A stretch of DNA of 64,000 bases from assembly GCA_965207225.1 (NCBI GenBank), contig CBDBLV010000005.1:1920001-1984000 (forward strand), written 5' to 3'. This document shows, one piece after another, positions 58,962-64,000 of the stretch. The notes under the pieces are model-generated. The model ran no database searches, was not told the DNA's origin, and saw nothing but the letters and a program-made list of their open reading frames with translations. The number at the start of each line of letters is the position of its first letter. The stretch's first letter is position 1. Origin of the DNA: Dehalococcoidia bacterium. Its GTDB lineage: Bacteria; Chloroflexota; Dehalococcoidia; Plut-88900. Both the position numbers and the translations under genes were made by a program.

Positions 58962-59162
58962 TCATAGCAACCTACGCTTCGCGCCGGGCCGAGGATCGTA
59001 GGTGTTTGAGAACACATCCAAGACCTCCCGACGTATGAGCCAAGTGTTGCGGAGCTTCTCAGCAGGCAAGTCGCCCTGCCGACACAGACGCTTGACGGTC
59101 TCTGGATGCACCTGAAGTCGGCGCGCAGCTTCAATGGCGGTAAGATAGTTTTCGAGGGTCAT
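58962..59162 (-). CDS. Excisionase-like HTH protein (possible controller)
   Basis: YLTAIEAARRLQVHPETVKRLCRQGDLPAEK...WLI. Confidence 0.85.
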   Translation of the reverse strand: MTLENYLTAIEAARRLQVHPETVKRLCRQGDLPAEKLRNTWLIRREVLDVFSNTYDPRPGAKRRLL

Positions 59163-59283
59163 TCAGTTACCGATCCATCAGGATATTGTTGTGTCGCAAC
59201 AATACCCAAGTCGCTGTGGCGCGTCAATAGGCGCTGCCACGCGCCCGTTGCCCGCTGCCCTTGGCCTTCGTTACGCTCAACGC

Positions 59284-61020
59284 ATGTCTTTATCCGACCA
59301 CCATCTGCTCGACACTCTCAGCCGGATGCCGTTTGTCGAATCGACGGAGCTGGCGCTCATCCTAGGCGAGCCCCACGCCACCGTCCACCGCAGGCTGTCC
59401 GAGCTGCTGGCCGACGGCCTCGCGGGGAAGGCCACCCACGGCACCGTCCACCTGCCCTCGAGCGGGAGGTATTTCATCACCGCCAAGGGCATCGGCGAGA
59501 CCGCCGAGGTCCTGGGTTTCGACACGCCCTCGGAGTTCGTGCGGGCTTACCCCATGTCCAGGGAGTGGCTGACGCTGCTCCTGCGCAGGATGGACTCGGT
59601 GGTCGCCGTCTACCGCCTGGCCGCCACCATGTCTCCCGGCTACGACGGGCGCAAGTCCCGCGTGGAGTTCCACCGCAGGGGACGCTTCGACGCCACCATC
59701 ACCCTCCACGACGGGCGAGACTTCGGCATCGTGCGCCAGGGCCTGGCCCTGCGCAGGCGTTCCCTCCACGACCGGCTGCGTACCCTAGCCCACTACGACG
59801 CCGGCCGCCGCCCGGACATCGTGCTCATCCTGGTTCCTAGTGTCTGGGAGCGGCGGCGGACGGGGAGGTTCTGCGAGGGGGTGTACCTGACGGACTTCTT
59901 CATCGCCGTGGAGTCCCGGTGGGCACTGGAACGGCGGGACCGCCGGGTCTGGCAGGAGACCACGGGGCTGTCCGGGCATTCGTACCTGACGCTGGAGCGG
60001 GTGATCTCCCGGGGCACGCCGGGCAGAAGACGAAGGCCCCTCACGGCGTCGCCGGAGCGGAAGCGAGCTTCCCTGCCCGACCCTGAACGCATGGTGGGGG
60101 ATTCGCCCGCCTTCGGTATCAGCCCCGCCGAGAAGCGGACGCTGGACCTGATCACCGACCACCCCATGATCCCCCGGGAGCACCTGGCGACCTGGCTGGG
60201 CGTCTCCGAGGGAAGGGTCAGCCAGATGATACGCAGCCTCGTGAAGACCTGGGGCCTCATCGAACGTCACGGCAAACGGGGCGAGGTGCGCTACACCCTG
60301 TCCGACGAGGGCATTCGCTACGTCACCCACCGGGACCGGGCCGAGCTTCCCACCACGCGGGGCATCTGGAGCACGGAGCTCACCACGGACAAGGAGGGAC
60401 GGCTACGACACACAGGCCACCGCATCGAGACGTGGGCGAGGCAGACGAAGCACGCCGACGGCATCACCTGGTTCCTCTCGAAGATGGCAGCCGAGGCCCG
60501 TGCCGACCCCGACAGCGCGCTGGTGTGGGTGGTGCCCACCGCCAGGTCCGACCGGGCCTACAACTGGGGCCGCTCCGCCATCGCCCCCGACGCCGTGGGG
60601 CAGCTGGTCGCCGGGGGCCATCCCGTGCCCTTCTACCTTGAACACGAGCTCAGAGCCCGCCACCCCAGGGGAGTCATGGCCCGCCTGGACCCCTACGAAG
60701 ACTACTACTGGTCGAATGAGCACAAAGAGGACCTGCCGCCGTACCCCGTCACCCTGTTCGTCGTGGACACCGAGGAGGTCGAGGAGACCTACCTCATTAC
60801 CGCCGGCCGGATGCACCGGATGTCGCTGCCCGTCCTGGCGTCCTGCACGCCCGTGTTGTCCACCACTGGGGTACTGGGGGAGTCCTGGCGCCCCCTGTGG
60901 GCGCCGTCCTCCCCCCGGCTGAGGCTGTCCCATCTGAGTGATTACGTCTACGACCCGCTGTACCACCGGATGCGTCCGACTCCTCCTGTAGGGGCGTCCA
61001 ATAGGAGGGGACATAGATAG
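59284..61020 (+). CDS. Replic_Relax-like protein, type B
   Basis: Close paralogue of 33203-34939. Confidence 0.72.
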   Translation: MSLSDHHLLDTLSRMPFVESTELALILGEPHATVHRRLSELLADGLAGKATHGTVHLPSSGRYFITAKGIGETAEVLGFDTPSEFVRAYPMSREWLTLLLRRMDSVVAVYRLAATMSPGYDGRKSRVEFHRRGRFDATITLHDGRDFGIVRQGLALRRRSLHDRLRTLAHYDAGRRPDIVLILVPSVWERRRTGRFCEGVYLTDFFIAVESRWALERRDRRVWQETTGLSGHSYLTLERVISRGTPGRRRRPLTASPERKRASLPDPERMVGDSPAFGISPAEKRTLDLITDHPMIPREHLATWLGVSEGRVSQMIRSLVKTWGLIERHGKRGEVRYTLSDEGIRYVTHRDRAELPTTRGIWSTELTTDKEGRLRHTGHRIETWARQTKHADGITWFLSKMAAEARADPDSALVWVVPTARSDRAYNWGRSAIAPDAVGQLVAGGHPVPFYLEHELRARHPRGVMARLDPYEDYYWSNEHKEDLPPYPVTLFVVDTEEVEETYLITAGRMHRMSLPVLASCTPVLSTTGVLGESWRPLWAPSSPRLRLSHLSDYVYDPLYHRMRPTPPVGASNRRGHR

Positions 61021-61201
61021 CGTCGATGCAACGCCATCTGCCCTCCCTGCTGTCTGGGGGCCGCAAAACGGTACAAGTTGTACATCTGGCGGGCTCCTGT
61101 GTCAATGCTAAGTTAGATTTGACCCTTTTCCGCTAAGTTAGAACTGACCCACCTTGTCGTTAAGTCGCCTCCTTTCTGGCAAGCAAGAGTGCCTGTTGGA
61201 T

Positions 61202-62005
61202 TTAGACGTCGCCGGAGCTAGCGGCTTCAGGCGATGTCGATAGCAGTTGATGGGAGGCGAAGAGTCCGGCCTGCCTCTTGCCTTTAAGCCGGTAGCTCTC
61301 GCCTCGGATGTTGAGGACGTGGCTGTGGTGCAGCAGCCGGTCCAGGATGGCCGAGGCGATGACGGTATCGCCCAGAAGCTCACCCCACTCGGCGAAGCCC
61401 TTGTTGGAGGTGAGGATGATGCTGCCCCGCTCATAGCGAGCCGACACCAGGGTGAAGAAGGCGGTGGAGGCGTCCCGGTCGTAAGGCCAGATGCCGAACT
61501 CGTCCACGATGAGTAGCTTGGGCGACAGGTAGACCCGCATGCGCCGTTGGAGGTTGTTCTCCACCCTGGCCTTCCTCAGGTCCTCCATCAGGTCGTAGGC
61601 TCGGACGAAGTAGGCCCCCTGGCTCTTCTCGATGGCCTTGAGCGCTAGGGCCACCGCCAGATGGGTCTTGCCCACACCTGGCGGTCCCAGGAGCAGCAGG
61701 TTGGTGGCTTCAGCGACGAAGGACAGGCCGGCCAGTTCCCGCACCTGTCGCTCGTCGATGGAGGGCTGGAACGAGAAGTCGAACTGCTCCAAGGTCCGGT
61801 GGAAGGGGAGGTGAGCCAGCTTCGTCCTGGTGGACATGTACCGCTCCTTCCGGGCGGCCACTTCCACGCCGAGTAGCTCTGCCAGCATCTCGGGGTAGGT
61901 CAGTTTCTTGGTGGCCGCAGCGTCCAGGGAGTTGTCCAGGGCTTCGACGGCCTGCTTGAGGCCCAGCGTCTCCAGGTGCTGGCGAGCCTGTTCCAGCGCG
62001 ATCAT
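61202..62005 (-). CDS. istB: IS21 helper ATPase
   Basis: GPPGVGKTHL, LIVDEFG, ILDRLLHH, GESYRL. Confidence 0.95.
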   Translation of the reverse strand: MIALEQARQHLETLGLKQAVEALDNSLDAAATKKLTYPEMLAELLGVEVAARKERYMSTRTKLAHLPFHRTLEQFDFSFQPSIDERQVRELAGLSFVAEATNLLLLGPPGVGKTHLAVALALKAIEKSQGAYFVRAYDLMEDLRKARVENNLQRRMRVYLSPKLLIVDEFGIWPYDRDASTAFFTLVSARYERGSIILTSNKGFAEWGELLGDTVIASAILDRLLHHSHVLNIRGESYRLKGKRQAGLFASHQLLSTSPEAASSGDV

Positions 62006-63237
62006 CGCCCACCTCCCACCGCTGCCAACTCGTACACCTCCAGGGAGCGGCGCTCCACTTGGCCCACAGGGATCTGCACCGCCACGGCTTCCTTACGAGG
62101 ACGATCATCGCCGCCGGGCAGTCCGTCCCACTGGCCCGGCAGTGTGAGGCGCTGACCGGTCCGCTGGGCTTGGGGATGCACCGCCAGCCGCACGTCGCCC
62201 GACCAGACCTCCACCGTACCGGCCCGCACACCCACCTGGACCGTCGAACCCGCCCAGCTCCAGGGCACGCCGTAGCGAGACCTCTCCCAGTGGACGTAGC
62301 CGTCCCTGGCCACCTTCCGCTCCTCCCGCATGTAGGGCGCAAGGCCCGAACGCGGCGGCAGGCTGCCCAGGTGGGCGAGCTCCTCAGCCAGCATCTCTCG
62401 GGGGACCCGGTGCGTCGTCCCATGGACTCGCCGATTGGCCACCGCATCGCACCACTCCAGGGCCTGGCGGTTCATGTCTGCGTCGTCGGTGAAGCGGACA
62501 CCGGGCCACAGGTTGCCCCGGACGTACTTCACGCCGCTCTCCACCTTGCCCTTCGTCTGCGCTCGGTAGGGTCGGCACAGACGGAGGTCGAAGCCCATTC
62601 GCAGTGAGAAGTCCAGCATCCGGCTGTTCCACTCCGGCCTGCCCTCCCTGTCACGCCCCAGGACCACCACCTTGGCGTTGTCGTACAGGCAGCGGCGGGG
62701 AACACCACCGAAGTACTCGAAGGCGTTCAGATGGCACCTGATGAAGGTCGCCACGTCGGCGCGCCGGACGAACTCCACGTAGATGGTCCGAGACCAGCTC
62801 AGCACCATCACGAAGGCCCAGACCCGGTGCTTGCGCCCGTCCTCTCCGACATAGGCGAAGCTGCCCCAGTCCACCTGTGCCTGCTCGCCTGGCGCCGTCT
62901 CGAACCGCACCGTCGCACGGGGCTGACGCGGCCGACGCCGAGGCCGCACGTAGTTGGTCAGCGTCGGATAGCTGCCGTCGTAGCCCAACTCCCGGATCTC
63001 CCGCAGCAGCACCACGCAGTTGTCCACTCCCGCCGACAGCCGACCATCTATGTGACCCTTGTATGGGTCCAGCTTCGACCCCTGCTTCTCTCGCCGCTTG
63101 GCCTTGGGCACCTCGTCGGAGCGCACGTACTTGCGCACGGTGTTCCGGGAAATCCCCAACTCCCTCGATATCCCTCGGATCGAGCTTCCATCGCCCTTCA
63201 ACTCGTATAACTCTCTCACTAACCCACCTCCTATCAT
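62002..63237 (-). CDS. istA: IS21 DDE transposase
   Basis: HTH, RFETAPGEQAQVDWG, YDN, TKGKVE. Confidence 0.95.
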   Translation of the reverse strand: MIGGGLVRELYELKGDGSSIRGISRELGISRNTVRKYVRSDEVPKAKRREKQGSKLDPYKGHIDGRLSAGVDNCVVLLREIRELGYDGSYPTLTNYVRPRRRPRQPRATVRFETAPGEQAQVDWGSFAYVGEDGRKHRVWAFVMVLSWSRTIYVEFVRRADVATFIRCHLNAFEYFGGVPRRCLYDNAKVVVLGRDREGRPEWNSRMLDFSLRMGFDLRLCRPYRAQTKGKVESGVKYVRGNLWPGVRFTDDADMNRQALEWCDAVANRRVHGTTHRVPREMLAEELAHLGSLPPRSGLAPYMREERKVARDGYVHWERSRYGVPWSWAGSTVQVGVRAGTVEVWSGDVRLAVHPQAQRTGQRLTLPGQWDGLPGGDDRPRKEAVAVQIPVGQVERRSLEVYELAAVGGGR

Positions 63238-63797
63238 TTGACTTGCTGCACCTCCTAATCGGTTTCCCGACGAAGATGCGTCCGCTATCGGGGTGGGTCA
63301 ATTCCAAATTAGCGCTACTGGGTCAGTTTAGAGTTAGCACTAACACCTGAAATACCCAAGACCGGTCATATTCCCCTAATTCAACTACAAAAGGGGCTGC
63401 AACGTCCTCGACCGGTCAACGGTAAAAAAAGCAAGTTGGGGAGAAGCTGTGATAAAGTTAGGGCGCTCTCCGGAGACGCCGGAATTGCACTTTTACCACC
63501 CTGACCGGTCAGCCGATCATGGGGGATGTAGGTACGGATGCGGGTCTGAAGCGTCTATGAGGAGCAAAACCGTCGCTTCGGCGGCGTCCGCGGCCCATGC
63601 TGGACCACCGGATATTGCAGGAATTGAGGTGGGGGTGCATGACGCGAAATAGGATGGGTAGGAGCGGACATTTCGGGCCACGCAGGTTTGTATTTGTGCA
63701 ACATTTCGGGGGTTTGGCCGAAAATGGTGACCGGTCGCTGTCAAGGACCGGTTCCACCGAAAATTGCAGAAGCGGCCCACCCCGATAGAAGGCGAAT

Positions 63798-64000
63798 ATG
63801 ACATCTCGGAAGCTGACGGAGAGATCGAGGGCCGGAGACGGCAAGCCCGACCAGAAGTGGGTCGTGGAGTACCTCGTACAGCGGGAGGGTCAGCGCAGGA
63901 CGGCGGCCCTCCTGGGGGTGAACCGGAAGACGGTGGCGCTGGCGCTGGGCCGTGAGCGGCTGACGGGGAGGATGGCCCTGGCCGTGCAGCGGTTCATGGC
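63798..64000 (+). CDS. HTH + coiled-coil backbone protein (partial, copy of 35470-35907)
   Basis: DNA matches 35470 onward up to the window end. Confidence 0.75.
   Translation, partial: MTSRKLTERSRAGDGKPDQKWVVEYLVQREGQRRTAALLGVNRKTVALALGRERLTGRMALAVQRFM

Larger units (their letters stand above)
61100..63345 (-). mobile_element. IS21-family insertion sequence
   Basis: TG...CA ends; imperfect IRs TGTCAATGCTAAGTTAGATTTGACCC / TGTTAGTGCTAACTCTAAACTGACCC with internal repeats; flanked by a CCTG direct repeat (61096-99, 63346-49). Confidence 0.92.
53012..64000. mobile_element. Integrative element E4 (type B backbone, continues beyond the window)
   Basis: Same left arm as E2, and the same Replic_Relax B, non-coding region and HTH gene in the same order. 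Confidence 0.8.

Noticed and set aside
33203-61020. Diversity-generating retroelement (TR/VR) from the duplicated segments
   Set aside because: No reverse transcriptase; differences are not adenine-specific and the duplicates are paralogous backbones.
5896-64000. Prophage or canonical ICE
   Set aside because: No capsid, terminase, VirB4, coupling protein or MOB-family relaxase recognised.

Overview
GC-rich accessory region with no core housekeeping genes and no rRNA, tRNA or CRISPR array that I could recognise. By inference it comes from a Chloroflexota (Dehalococcoidia/SAR202-like), possibly host-associated, bacterium. The whole window resolves into a tandem array of at least five integrative elements (E0 partial, E1 ~18.5 kb, E2 ~17.6 kb, E3 ~11.0 kb, E4 partial). 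They are joined at four co-oriented 52-bp att-like sites (5871, 24361, 41991, 52987) that share a GCCCACCA core. Each complete element carries a large serine recombinase whose 3' end runs through the att site, a two-module Replic_Relax-like protein, a conserved motif-rich non-coding region and variable cargo. Joining each element's two ends in silico restores a symmetric attP and a short conserved recombinase C-terminal tail that is encoded at the far end of the element. Cargo includes a CapH/CapP-like regulated Ubl/E2/JAB-E1 operon with a cysteine-free E2, a type III R-M locus whose Mod appears fused to an antitoxin ahead of a PIN toxin, a type IIG-like R-M enzyme, Dcm/DUF4928/Vsr, an unnamed nuclease-wHTH-ATPase trio, a GTPase, helicase IV, TA pairs and several surface or lipoproteins. 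An IS21 is inserted in E4. All family assignments come from motif recognition by eye, not from database searches.
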